This document shows positions 8,473 to 17,451 of a stretch of DNA of 41,660 bases, in pieces. Origin of the DNA: Candidatus Nanosyncoccus sp. (lineage in GTDB: Bacteria; Patescibacteriota; Saccharimonadia; Saccharimonadales; Saccharimonadaceae). A model generated the notes under the pieces. The model did not search any database. It was not told the origin of the DNA and saw only the letters and a program-made list of their open reading frames with translations. The position numbers and the translations under genes were made by a program. Each line of letters begins with the position of its first letter. Position 1 is the first letter of the stretch. The stretch lies in the NCBI GenBank assembly GCA_045657985.1, contig JAZOUF010000029.1:1-41660 (forward strand), written 5' to 3'.

Positions 8473-9561
8473 ATGATGTTAGTTTCCGATTATAATTACA
8501 ATTTACCTGATGACCGCATTGCGAAATTCCCCCCTAAAGAGCGCGGCACTACTAGGCTCCTAGTTTTAAACCGCAAAACCGGTGCTATTCAAGATTCCTA
8601 TTATCGCAATTTGGATGAATTCTTGAACCCAGGCGATGTCTTAATTCTAAATGACACTCGTGTTATGCAGTCGCGTCTTTTTTGCACGCTTCCGGATGGA
8701 CGCAAACGTGAACTCGTAGTGCTTGAGAAACACGGCGACGAACCACAGCGCGTGATGTATCGTGGTAAATTGCACGACGGCGATGTAGTTACCGTTGAAA
8801 CCGAGCAAATCACGATTAAACAAATCCTAGGCAACGGTATCGCCGAAGTTGAGTCTGACACCCCTCTTGCTAAATTAGCCGAGAAGTATGGTACTGTTCC
8901 CTTGCCACCCTACCTTCATCGTGACGCCACAGATGACGATAAAAAACGCTATCAAACTGTCTGGGCGAAAAACATAGGCTCCGCCGCCGCCCCTACTGCT
9001 TCACTCAATATGACCGAAGATTTACTTGACAGACTAAAAGCCAAAGGTGTAATTGTTAAATATCTTACGCTCCACGTTGGTCTTGGCACTTTCCTGCCCA
9101 TGCGTACGGATAAGGTCGAGGACCATAAAATGCATTCCGAATGGTACCATATTCCAGAAGACACGATTGAAGCGATCAATGCCATTCGTGAGCAGACGGG
9201 TGACGGGCTTGGTAGGGTTCCCACAGAGCACCCAAAGGGTGGAGCTGTGGGAAGGAAAAGTCCGGCAGGACCCGTCAAGTTCCCGCCAAGAGTCATCGCT
9301 TTAGGTACTACCGTTGCTCGTACCTTGGAGTATTATGCCAGGACTGGCAAAACCGAAGGCGAAGATGATATTTTCATTTATCCAGGTTTTGAATTCCAAA
9401 TCGTTGACGCTCTCCTTACGAATTTTCATGCGCCAAAATCAACTGTGCTTATGCTAGCTAGCGCTTTTGCTGGCTGGGAACATTTACATTCTGCCTATGA
9501 TTATGCGGTGCAAAATCATTACAACTTTCTAAGTTACGGAGACTCAATGTTAATATGCTAA
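8473..9561 (+). CDS. queA: S-adenosylmethionine:tRNA ribosyltransferase-isomerase with ~30 aa in-frame insertion
   Basis: LNDTRV, PLPPYL, YQTV, AAPTASL, LHVGLGTF, GTT, LLTNFHAPKST, SYGDSMLI. The second ATG (8476) fits the promoter spacing better. Confidence 0.96.
   Translation: MMLVSDYNYNLPDDRIAKFPPKERGTTRLLVLNRKTGAIQDSYYRNLDEFLNPGDVLILNDTRVMQSRLFCTLPDGRKRELVVLEKHGDEPQRVMYRGKLHDGDVVTVETEQITIKQILGNGIAEVESDTPLAKLAEKYGTVPLPPYLHRDATDDDKKRYQTVWAKNIGSAAAPTASLNMTEDLLDRLKAKGVIVKYLTLHVGLGTFLPMRTDKVEDHKMHSEWYHIPEDTIEAINAIREQTGDGLGRVPTEHPKGGAVGRKSPAGPVKFPPRVIALGTTVARTLEYYARTGKTEGEDDIFIYPGFEFQIVDALLTNFHAPKSTVLMLASAFAGWEHLHSAYDYAVQNHYNFLSYGDSMLIC
9195..9276 (+). repeat. Intragenic hairpin element, copy 2 (in queA)
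   Basis: GACGGGT GA CGGGCTT GGTAGGG TTCCCACAG AG CACCC AAA GGGTG GAG CTGTGGGAA GGAA AAGTCCG GCAGG ACCCGTC (82 nt). Confidence 0.92.
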
Positions 9562-10856
9562 AGTTTGATATTGAACATCGCGATGGCCTTGCTCGCGTTG
9601 GCGTCATTCATACTCCACACGGTGATATAAAAACGCCAGCCTTCGTTGGTGCTGCCACCCGTGCCACGGTCAAAGCACTCACCATGAAAGAAATGCACGA
9701 CCTAGGTAGTCGAGCTATACTCGCCAACACTTACCACTTATTATTGCGCCCAGGCACAAATATAATCAAGCAGGCTGGAGGGCTTGCTGAGTTTAGTAGT
9801 TGGCATGCCCCCACCTTTACTGACTCGGGCGGTTTTCAGATTTTTTCTTTGCCCGACGTCAAAATTACCGAGCAGGGTGCTAAATTCAAATCGCACATCG
9901 ACGGTGCGAAATTTGAAATGACTCCAGAATCCTCCATGCAAGCCCAGTGGGCCATCGGTGCCGACATCCACATGGCGTTTGATCACCTCGCAAAATCGGA
10001 AAGTTACGAAGACATGAAAGAAGCTATGCAACGCACCCATCGCTGGCTCGACCGATGCGTCGCCGAGCACGCCAGACTAGCCAATGAATCAACTGGTAGG
10101 GGTGTCCGGAATGTCTCTCTCGAAGGGTCTTCGAAACACGGCAGCGCGAGGATGAGTGTATATTATGGTGTAGATGGGCGGGTGACGGACTTGGAAGGGA
10201 TCCCGCAGAGCACCCGAAGGGTGGAGCTGCGGGAGGGAAAAGTCCGGCAGGACCCGCCCGTAAGTCAACAGTATTTATATGCGGTCGTCCAAGGTGGCAC
10301 CTTCAACGACCTCCGCGCCGAGTCTGCAAAGTACTGTGCATCCAGGCCTGTCGACGGCTTTGGCATCGGCGGAGTATTCACGGCCGATAAAATGGGTGAG
10401 ATGCTCCAAACTGTCAACTCGATTTTACCAGAAAATAAACCCCGCCACCTTCTCGGCATGGGACAGGAACCGATCGATTTATTTGTTGGTGCTGAATTTG
10501 GCTGTGATACTTTTGACTGTGTCGGCCCTACTCGTATGGCCAGAAACGGCTCTTTGTACACCAAGGATGGTCGCATCAATATCAAAAATGCCAAATATCG
10601 CGAAGATTTTGCACCGCTCATGGATGATTGCATCTGTGAATGTTGTCAGAATTACACTCGCGCTTACCTCCATCATCTCTTCAAAACTGACGAGATAACC
10701 GCTAAAGTTCTCGCGTCGATTCATAACGAGTATTTTATCGTCCACACCGTTGACCAAATTCGCGAGTCTCTCGAAAACGGCACTTTTAAAGATTACCAAA
10801 AATCATTCCTCACCCGCTATTATCAAGGCAAAATCCCCTTCTGTATTACATTGTAA
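9555..10856 (+). CDS. tgt: tRNA-guanine transglycosylase with ~60 aa in-frame insertion
   Basis: TPAF, LANTYHL, TDSGGFQ, VQGG, FDCV.PTR.ARNG, Zn site CICECC...HN. Confidence 0.96.
   Translation: MLKFDIEHRDGLARVGVIHTPHGDIKTPAFVGAATRATVKALTMKEMHDLGSRAILANTYHLLLRPGTNIIKQAGGLAEFSSWHAPTFTDSGGFQIFSLPDVKITEQGAKFKSHIDGAKFEMTPESSMQAQWAIGADIHMAFDHLAKSESYEDMKEAMQRTHRWLDRCVAEHARLANESTGRGVRNVSLEGSSKHGSARMSVYYGVDGRVTDLEGIPQSTRRVELREGKVRQDPPVSQQYLYAVVQGGTFNDLRAESAKYCASRPVDGFGIGGVFTADKMGEMLQTVNSILPENKPRHLLGMGQEPIDLFVGAEFGCDTFDCVGPTRMARNGSLYTKDGRINIKNAKYREDFAPLMDDCICECCQNYTRAYLHHLFKTDEITAKVLASIHNEYFIVHTVDQIRESLENGTFKDYQKSFLTRYYQGKIPFCITL
10177..10258 (+). repeat. Intragenic hairpin element, copy 3 (in tgt)
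   Basis: 82 nt, 73/82 identical to the queA copy by manual alignment; read in a different frame. Confidence 0.92.
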
Positions 10857-10875
10857 TACAATTCGCTGCTATATA

Positions 10876-12219
10876 TTATATGTATCCCCACACTGCACCA
10901 TCAGCGGTGTCTCGCACTGCAATTCCTCGTTTCGCTAGCAAGTCGCGCAATCTGTCTGATTCCGCATAGTCCTTTTGTTCACGCGCTGTCTGTCGTTCGC
11001 GGATTAGTTCACGAATCTCATCGTCTATGTTTGGTGAGTCTTGAATTAACCTTAGCCCAAACAACTCGTCAATCCTCTTCCAATCAGCAAGCGAGATGTT
11101 CGCTCCATCAATCAGCGCAAACGCCTCCGCAGAGTTCAGATTGTTTGACGTCGCCTCTAAAATTCGTTCGTAAATTCCCTCATCGCTGGCTACGCCATTT
11201 TGATAGCACATGGCAATTCGGTTTCGCCAGTTTAAGCGTCTTGCCTTTGCACCCTCAAGTGACTCAAAGGTAAAATTGCGCGTTCCCTGGTAATGACCAG
11301 AAAGCACCCACATTTTATAATCCATCGCCGTAAAACCACGTGCATCAAGATCGCTGAGCAGGTATACATTTCCTAGCGATTTGGAAATTTTTTCATCATC
11401 AATTGTAATGAAATTACAATGTAACCAATATTTAGCGAGTTTCAGCCCGCTCATTGCGTAAGTTTGTGCAATTTCATTAGTATGATGCACCGGTACATGG
11501 TCTATCCCACCAGTATGAATGTCTATCGGTTCGCCAAGTTCCTCGTGGATAATAGTCGAGCACTCAAGATGCCACCCAGGATACCCAGGTCGTCCTAAAT
11601 AATCCCATCGCATCGCATGCTTTTCGCCAGGCTTAATAAATTTCCATACTGCAAAATCTGAAGCATTACGCTTCTCGTCCGAAAACCCTACTCTAGCGCC
11701 CGCTTGTAATCCAGCGAGATTAAGATGCGCAAAATCGGCATATTCAGCGAACTTTGCCGTATCGAAATACACCCCATCTTCCGTTTCGTAAGTATAGCCA
11801 TGTTCCGTCATCGCATCTACTGCTCGCTCATCAGCTTCAATGTAATCAGTTGCCCGTGCAATTACATCAGGCTCTATTAATTCTAGAGCATGGTAATTTT
11901 TCAAAAAATCATTCGCATAAAACTCGGCCACTTCCCACACGCTCTTTCCTTCGCGTGTCGCGCCTTTTTCTAACTTATCTTCTCCATCGTCACCGTCAGA
12001 CACAAGGTGCCCAACATCCGTCAAATTAAGCACTCGTTTTACCTTGTACCCATTCGCCTTCAAAGTTCTCACCAGTAAATCCCAATAAATATACGAAGCG
12101 TAATTCCCGATGTGTTGAAAATTATATACCGTCGGGCCGCAAGTGTATATCTTCACTATTTCCGAAAGCGGTTTAAAAGTTTCTAGTTTTTTGCTTGCGG
12201 TATTATATAGTTTCATCAT
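10876..12219 (-). CDS. cysS: Cysteine--tRNA ligase
   Basis: YTCGPTVY, HIGN, PGWHLECS, DIHTGG.DH, KISKSLGN, and C-terminal ESDRLRD. Confidence 0.96.
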   Translation of the reverse strand: MMKLYNTASKKLETFKPLSEIVKIYTCGPTVYNFQHIGNYASYIYWDLLVRTLKANGYKVKRVLNLTDVGHLVSDGDDGEDKLEKGATREGKSVWEVAEFYANDFLKNYHALELIEPDVIARATDYIEADERAVDAMTEHGYTYETEDGVYFDTAKFAEYADFAHLNLAGLQAGARVGFSDEKRNASDFAVWKFIKPGEKHAMRWDYLGRPGYPGWHLECSTIIHEELGEPIDIHTGGIDHVPVHHTNEIAQTYAMSGLKLAKYWLHCNFITIDDEKISKSLGNVYLLSDLDARGFTAMDYKMWVLSGHYQGTRNFTFESLEGAKARRLNWRNRIAMCYQNGVASDEGIYERILEATSNNLNSAEAFALIDGANISLADWKRIDELFGLRLIQDSPNIDDEIRELIRERQTAREQKDYAESDRLRDLLAKRGIAVRDTADGAVWGYI

Positions 12220-12938
12220 TTTTTCTCGCTCTCCATATATTTTTTCAAGGCAGAGATAATTTTGTTATACTTGTCCACCGTTACTCCATGGGCGCCAGGT
12301 GTCTTTATCGCTACGATGTTGGAGTTATTTTCTAATAATTTAGGATAATTAAAGATTCCGATAATTTGATCCAATTCGCCATATATTATAGTGGTTGGTA
12401 CGTCTAGTCGTGCCAAATAATCGTAATTCTCCACATTTGACACGATGTTTTTAATTTCGTTATTAAATGCCACCGAGTTAAGCAGTTCGCGGTTCTTTCT
12501 TCCTACGACTTCCCGAAATCCTTCCATTGCTTTATTGAACATTGGATTTTCAATATCTTCCTTGCGATAAACTGGCGCCGAAATTAGCACCAATCCATCA
12601 ACCTTATGCTCGTGAGCATATCTAGTAGCAATCATCGTACCCATCGAATGACCAACTAAGATTAACGGCCCATGCACATCCAGATTCTTAATCGCATTAT
12701 CTAGCGCTTCGAGTTGCTCGTCATAATTATATTCAAGTTTATCCGACGTGTAAGATTTTCCAGCTCCAAGTAAGTCAAATGCTATTAGACGCATTTCTCT
12801 TGTAGAATCTTTATTTAGCATGTGTTCAAATAAGCCATCAAAACTCTCCGAACTTGCCGCAATCCCGTGAATGAATACTACGGTGAGTTTTGGCTCGCCA
12901 CTCCGGCAAACATCATAAGTTTTAGTGAGTTTCAACAT
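12216..12938 (-). CDS. Alpha/beta hydrolase (lipase/esterase-like)
   Basis: FIHG oxyanion motif, DLLGAG, GHSMG nucleophile elbow, GELD, late His. Confidence 0.88.
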   Translation of the reverse strand: MLKLTKTYDVCRSGEPKLTVVFIHGIAASSESFDGLFEHMLNKDSTREMRLIAFDLLGAGKSYTSDKLEYNYDEQLEALDNAIKNLDVHGPLILVGHSMGTMIATRYAHEHKVDGLVLISAPVYRKEDIENPMFNKAMEGFREVVGRKNRELLNSVAFNNEIKNIVSNVENYDYLARLDVPTTIIYGELDQIIGIFNYPKLLENNSNIVAIKTPGAHGVTVDKYNKIISALKKYMESEKK

Positions 12939-13917
12939 TTTCCTCCTTCATTAATTCTGGCAGTATGTGCACAAGTTCCGCCAACGTTTCTTCATACGTA
13001 GTATCATAAGTCCGAAATCCAGCCGCATATGGATGGCCACCACCACCAAAGTATCCCGCAATCTTGTCTGCAATATCGCACCCAGGCGTGCAACGGATTT
13101 TGCCAGTCAATTTACCGTCAGGATAAGTTTTAATGGCTATTGCCACTTTGACGCCTTCCACGAGCCTTAACTCTTCCAAAATCAGCACATTAGGATTATA
13201 TTCATCTGAATATTCTTGAATATCATCCCAAAGAATATGGACCGTCGCTAGCTCACCATCCAGCGAATAATCAATCCGTTTAATCAAATCAGCCTTAAAG
13301 TCTAAAATTCGTGGGGATTTTTTCATAAACTCGCGCCGCTTCTCCTCCAACTCCGATATATTAGCGCCAAGCTTCGTGAGTTCAGCGGCAACTTCAAAAG
13401 TACGCGCAGTCACAGCCGTACTGGTAAGCCCCAAGGTATCAGACATGATACCCTGAAAAATCGCTTCTGCCGCATTTTTATCTATCGGTATTTTCTGACT
13501 AATGGCAATCTCGTAAATCAGTTCAGCGCAAGCCGGCCGCGGTTCGATAATGCTTTCGTGTGGGAAGTTAAGATCGTCATCAGTTTCATGATGATCAAGC
13601 ACGAATACCGGCGCCGAATACAACCGATTCCGAATCGCTGTGTCATCTAATAACTTAGACAGAAGTATTTCCGCTGCTGTATCTACAATAATGTAACCAT
13701 CCGCTTTATAGTCAAATTCATTCGTCACCCTAGACCAGTCAACGAAATAGTGCAAATATCTGGGGATATCTACTGGGCAATAAAGCGAAATATCTTTATC
13801 GTTCAGTAAATAATCTAGTGCAAATGCGCTCCCCAGCGAATCTCCGTCCGGATTCTCTGCTTGAATCACGCAAATTTTTTTCTTATCTTTCAAAAAATCC
13901 GTAAACTTTTCGTACAT
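12922..13917 (-). CDS. DHH/DHHA1 phosphoesterase (NrnA-like)
   Basis: NPDGDSLGS, IVD, LDHH, SDT, GGGHPYAAG. Confidence 0.9.
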   Translation of the reverse strand: MYEKFTDFLKDKKKICVIQAENPDGDSLGSAFALDYLLNDKDISLYCPVDIPRYLHYFVDWSRVTNEFDYKADGYIIVDTAAEILLSKLLDDTAIRNRLYSAPVFVLDHHETDDDLNFPHESIIEPRPACAELIYEIAISQKIPIDKNAAEAIFQGIMSDTLGLTSTAVTARTFEVAAELTKLGANISELEEKRREFMKKSPRILDFKADLIKRIDYSLDGELATVHILWDDIQEYSDEYNPNVLILEELRLVEGVKVAIAIKTYPDGKLTGKIRCTPGCDIADKIAGYFGGGGHPYAAGFRTYDTTYEETLAELVHILPELMKEENVETH

Positions 13918-13929
13918 AGCACTATTATA

Positions 13930-14511
13930 TCATAAAATCAATTTCCGTCCTCGTAAGGCATAATCCAGCCCAGACAGAATAGTTAATATTATCACTATAT
14001 ATAGTAATATTAAGTTTACTATCCCAAATATGTCATCTTGGGTAATTAAATCGATGAGTATTAGGGTTAAAGTTACCATTTGCACTAAAGTTTTTAGCTT
14101 ACCAATCTTACTTGCCGCAATAGTTACGTGCTTACTTGCAGCAAGCATCCGTATTCCATCTACGATAAAATCACGTGCCAAAATAATGCCAAATATCCAG
14201 ACCGGTACCACGTCAAGCGCCACTAAACACAAAAAAGTGAGATTGACTAGCAACTTATCCGCAAGAGGATCCAAAAATTTACCTAGATTAGTGACTAGCT
14301 TCTCGCGTCTTGCCCAGGCGCCATCAATATAATCGGTAATAGACGCAATTACGAAGCAAATTATTGCTAGAATTTTTGCTGGAAAAGCGTTTATGAACAA
14401 CCCTATCAAAACCGGAATCACCAAAAAAATTCTCACAATAGTCAAAACAGTCGGACCATTTAATTTTCGATTGTCTATAGTTTTATCTTGAGCAGTATCC
14501 TTCGCAGTCAT
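13930..14511 (-). CDS. pgsA: CDP-diacylglycerol--glycerol-3-phosphate 3-phosphatidyltransferase
   Basis: LTIVR, TDYIDGAWAR...GKFLDPLADK CDP-alcohol motif, GKLKT. Confidence 0.9.
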   Translation of the reverse strand: MTAKDTAQDKTIDNRKLNGPTVLTIVRIFLVIPVLIGLFINAFPAKILAIICFVIASITDYIDGAWARREKLVTNLGKFLDPLADKLLVNLTFLCLVALDVVPVWIFGIILARDFIVDGIRMLAASKHVTIAASKIGKLKTLVQMVTLTLILIDLITQDDIFGIVNLILLYIVIILTILSGLDYALRGRKLIL

Positions 14512-14943
14512 CTATACTACATCTCTTCGGTGTTCAACTTTCCACGCCCGAATTTTCGCAAATTTCGCAGCTAGTACGTCCGTAGACCACTTATCACCAA
14601 GCATCACCGTCTCATTTGGTTTAAATTTGTACTCCTCCATCGCCTCAACGAGCTTTTTAGACCTCGGTTTTCCAGCCCACCATACGCACGGCACCTCAAT
14701 TGGTTCGCAAAATCTCTGCATCATCTTCTTGCGACCATTATTACTAATGATTACAATTTTCACTCCCGCCTTGCGGCAATCGTCAATCCAATCTGCCAAT
14801 TCGTCAGCTGGTTCTTTTTCGGAATGAAGCCTTAAAGTATTATCAAGATCACAAAGAAGTAATTTGACACCTTCCTTTTCAAGTAACTCCGGCGTTACGT
14901 CTTCAAACCGTTCAAATTTTTTATCCGCGTGGAGCCACATCAT
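14512..14943 (-). CDS. YqeG-family HAD IIIA phosphatase (candidate PGP phosphatase)
   Basis: DLDNTL, ISNN, AGKP, GDKWSTDV; lies between cdsA and pgsA. Confidence 0.82.
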   Translation of the reverse strand: MMWLHADKKFERFEDVTPELLEKEGVKLLLCDLDNTLRLHSEKEPADELADWIDDCRKAGVKIVIISNNGRKKMMQRFCEPIEVPCVWWAGKPRSKKLVEAMEEYKFKPNETVMLGDKWSTDVLAAKFAKIRAWKVEHRRDVV

Positions 14944-15635
14944 AATACCGACCTCACTAGCATGATTATAAGTAATACGGTTGTCGCAAATGCGGTTGAA
15001 TCAATTCGGTCAAGAAAACCACCATGTCCTTCTGAGCCACCCACTAACATTTCTAACTTTGCGAAAAACTTATTATGAATTACGATTTCATTAGAATCTT
15101 TGACGCCGAATTTACGTTTCAAATAACTTTCATACAAATCACCTACAAGCGCCAAAGGGCCACAGAGCAAATACATCCATTCTGTCGCAAATTCACCCCT
15201 CACCGCCATCATAATTGCGCACATACTAATGGCCGAAAGCAACCCCAAAAACGTTCCTTCCCAAGTTTTATTTTTGGAAATCTTCGGAAACGGACGAGAC
15301 TTTTTGAAAATTTTACCGCCAAATGCCTTACCGAACATATAAGCAAAAATGTCATACCCACACACCCCAAGGATAATATACCAAAAATGTGCGGGATCAA
15401 TTAACGCTACAAATATACCACTACACACTAGAAAAATCATTTCAAAAATCGCTAACCATATATTGCGCATAGCATGCTTACGCTTAAAGAAACTAAATAG
15501 TTCTACTGCCGACATCAGCGCAAACATAATATATATCACCTTGAAAGGTATTGCATCAAAAGTATAGAGTGCCACTAACGCCACTACAAACATCGACAAC
15601 CCCACAATTAGTCTCACCCTAAAATTCTTGTCCAT
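14940..15635 (-). CDS. cdsA: Phosphatidate cytidylyltransferase
   Basis: DIFAYMFG, ISKNKTWEG, GDLYESYLKRKFGVKDS, GHGGFLDRIDS. Confidence 0.93.
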   Translation of the reverse strand: MDKNFRVRLIVGLSMFVVALVALYTFDAIPFKVIYIMFALMSAVELFSFFKRKHAMRNIWLAIFEMIFLVCSGIFVALIDPAHFWYIILGVCGYDIFAYMFGKAFGGKIFKKSRPFPKISKNKTWEGTFLGLLSAISMCAIMMAVRGEFATEWMYLLCGPLALVGDLYESYLKRKFGVKDSNEIVIHNKFFAKLEMLVGGSEGHGGFLDRIDSTAFATTVLLIIMLVRSVL

Positions 15636-15680
15636 AAATTCATTATACCACTCTCTATCAAAAAGTGTTAGAATAATACT

Positions 15681-17411
15681 ATGCTAGAATTTCTCTATCA
15701 TAAAATTAAAAAAGTCGCCCGTTCCATAGATATGAAGTTGGAGCGCGCGAAATATGGTTACATTGAGAAATTACCAAAAGACATCGAGTATCCAGAGGGC
15801 GGCCTCTATGATATTGTATACGAATCATCCTGTAAATGGCCACACAACGTAGCAGTTCAATATTATAGTAAAGAAATCACTTATAAAGAGCTCATTCATC
15901 ATATTGATAAAGTCGCTCGCGCACTTAAGGCGATTGGCGTTGAAAAGGGCGATCGTGTCACCGTCTGCATGCCAAATACGCCAGAAGAAGTTTATATGTT
16001 TTATGCTATCAATGAAGTCGGCGCAATCGCCAATATGATTCATCCACTTTCGTCGGAAAAAGAAATTGAGGAATATGTGAACCGTGCCGAGTCTAAGGTG
16101 ATGCTCTGTATTGATATTGCCTATCCCAAAGTTGAGAATATCATTAAGGATACCAAATTAGAACAAGTTGTTGTAGTCTCCCCAGCCCGTTCAATGGATT
16201 TTCTTGTGCGAGCCATTTATCATCTCACTAAAGGCCGCAAAAACCATATTAAACACGGTCAGAAAATTATCCCATGGGATAAATTTTTGCTTCAATCTAC
16301 TAAATTTGTCGGCAACCCTCACGCTAGAGTTGACGCCGAAGACCCAGTGGTTATCCTTTACTCAGGTGGTACCACTGGTAAACCAAAAGGTGTCCTACTT
16401 ACAAATCTTAATTTCAACGCTCAAGCTCTCGGTGCCAAATATCTTGTTCCAGAGCTATTAAAGACTCGCTACTCCATGTTGACTTTTTTGCCAAATTTTC
16501 ATGCTTTTGGACTCGGCGTCTGCATGCACATCCCATTTTATTGTGGCATGCGCATTGTGCTTATTCCGCAGTTTAATGCCAAGAAATTCAAATCGTACAT
16601 CAAAAAATATCGTATCAATATCCTTGTCGGTGTACCTACGGTTTTTGAATATCTCACCAAAATCAAGTTTGGCCCTCGCGAACTTAGAAACATTAAGGGC
16701 GTCGTGTCTGGCGGTGATATCGTCAGTCAATCACTCAAAAAACAGGTTAATGAATTTTTAAAATCCCATGGCAGTCACGCTATGCTTCAGAATGGCTATG
16801 GCCTTACCGAAGCGGCTGGCGGTATGGTCTTTTCACCTGCCAGTGTCGCCGCAGGCCCAGATGTAATCGGCTATCCTTTGCCAGATAGTGAAGTGCTCAT
16901 TCTCGGCATCAAAAACCATAAACCGATGCCAGTCGGCGAAGATGGCGAAATCTTAGTACGCGGACTCACCGTCATGCGAGAATATCTTAATGAACCAACC
17001 GAAACCAAACGCGCTTTTACTACTATTAACGATAAACAATACTTAAAAACCGGTGACATTGGCTACGTGGATGAACGTGGTGTCGTTCACTTTAAAGGCC
17101 GTATTAAGCGTATGATTATCACAAATGGTTACAATGTCTACCCTTCAAACATCGAAGAAGTGACTCTTAAGTCCAAATATGTTTCGCGCTGCGCCTGTCT
17201 TGGAATCCCAGATAAATTACGTGGCGAAATAGTTAAAATCTTTATCATCCTAAAGCCTGATTCCACCGAACGTCTTGCCAGAAAAGATCTCGCAAAGATT
17301 TACAAAAAATATCTCGCCAAGTACGAAATACCTCGTGTCATTGAATTTATAGATGATTTGCCCAAAACAAAACTCGGTAAGATAGATTACAAGGCTCTAG
17401 AAAATAAATAG
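15681..17411 (+). CDS. Long-chain acyl-CoA ligase (AMP-binding superfamily, FadD-like)
   Basis: YSGGTTGKPKG, GYGLTE, KTGDIG, GRIKRMI, LPKTKLGK. Confidence 0.88.
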   Translation: MLEFLYHKIKKVARSIDMKLERAKYGYIEKLPKDIEYPEGGLYDIVYESSCKWPHNVAVQYYSKEITYKELIHHIDKVARALKAIGVEKGDRVTVCMPNTPEEVYMFYAINEVGAIANMIHPLSSEKEIEEYVNRAESKVMLCIDIAYPKVENIIKDTKLEQVVVVSPARSMDFLVRAIYHLTKGRKNHIKHGQKIIPWDKFLLQSTKFVGNPHARVDAEDPVVILYSGGTTGKPKGVLLTNLNFNAQALGAKYLVPELLKTRYSMLTFLPNFHAFGLGVCMHIPFYCGMRIVLIPQFNAKKFKSYIKKYRINILVGVPTVFEYLTKIKFGPRELRNIKGVVSGGDIVSQSLKKQVNEFLKSHGSHAMLQNGYGLTEAAGGMVFSPASVAAGPDVIGYPLPDSEVLILGIKNHKPMPVGEDGEILVRGLTVMREYLNEPTETKRAFTTINDKQYLKTGDIGYVDERGVVHFKGRIKRMIITNGYNVYPSNIEEVTLKSKYVSRCACLGIPDKLRGEIVKIFIILKPDSTERLARKDLAKIYKKYLAKYEIPRVIEFIDDLPKTKLGKIDYKALENK

Positions 17412-17451
17412 CATAAGCATCTCAATAGTTAAACGAGGAAGCAATAACTGC

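Noticed and set aside
9195-9276. preQ1 riboswitch or canonical kink-turn identity for the element
   Set aside because: No preQ1 consensus or A-rich tail, and a copy occurs in an unrelated gene. The GA/GCAGG loop is only loosely k-turn-like because it lacks the standard tandem GA/AG register.
9053-9304. Alternative-frame ORF in queA whose end resembles the TGT insert peptide
   Set aside because: It is the same hairpin element read in the tgt frame, not an independent gene or evidence of frameshifting.
9195-10258. Intein or group I/II intron explanation for the queA/tgt inserts
   Set aside because: Far too short, with no Cys/Ser...His-Asn intein ends and no recognisable intron core.
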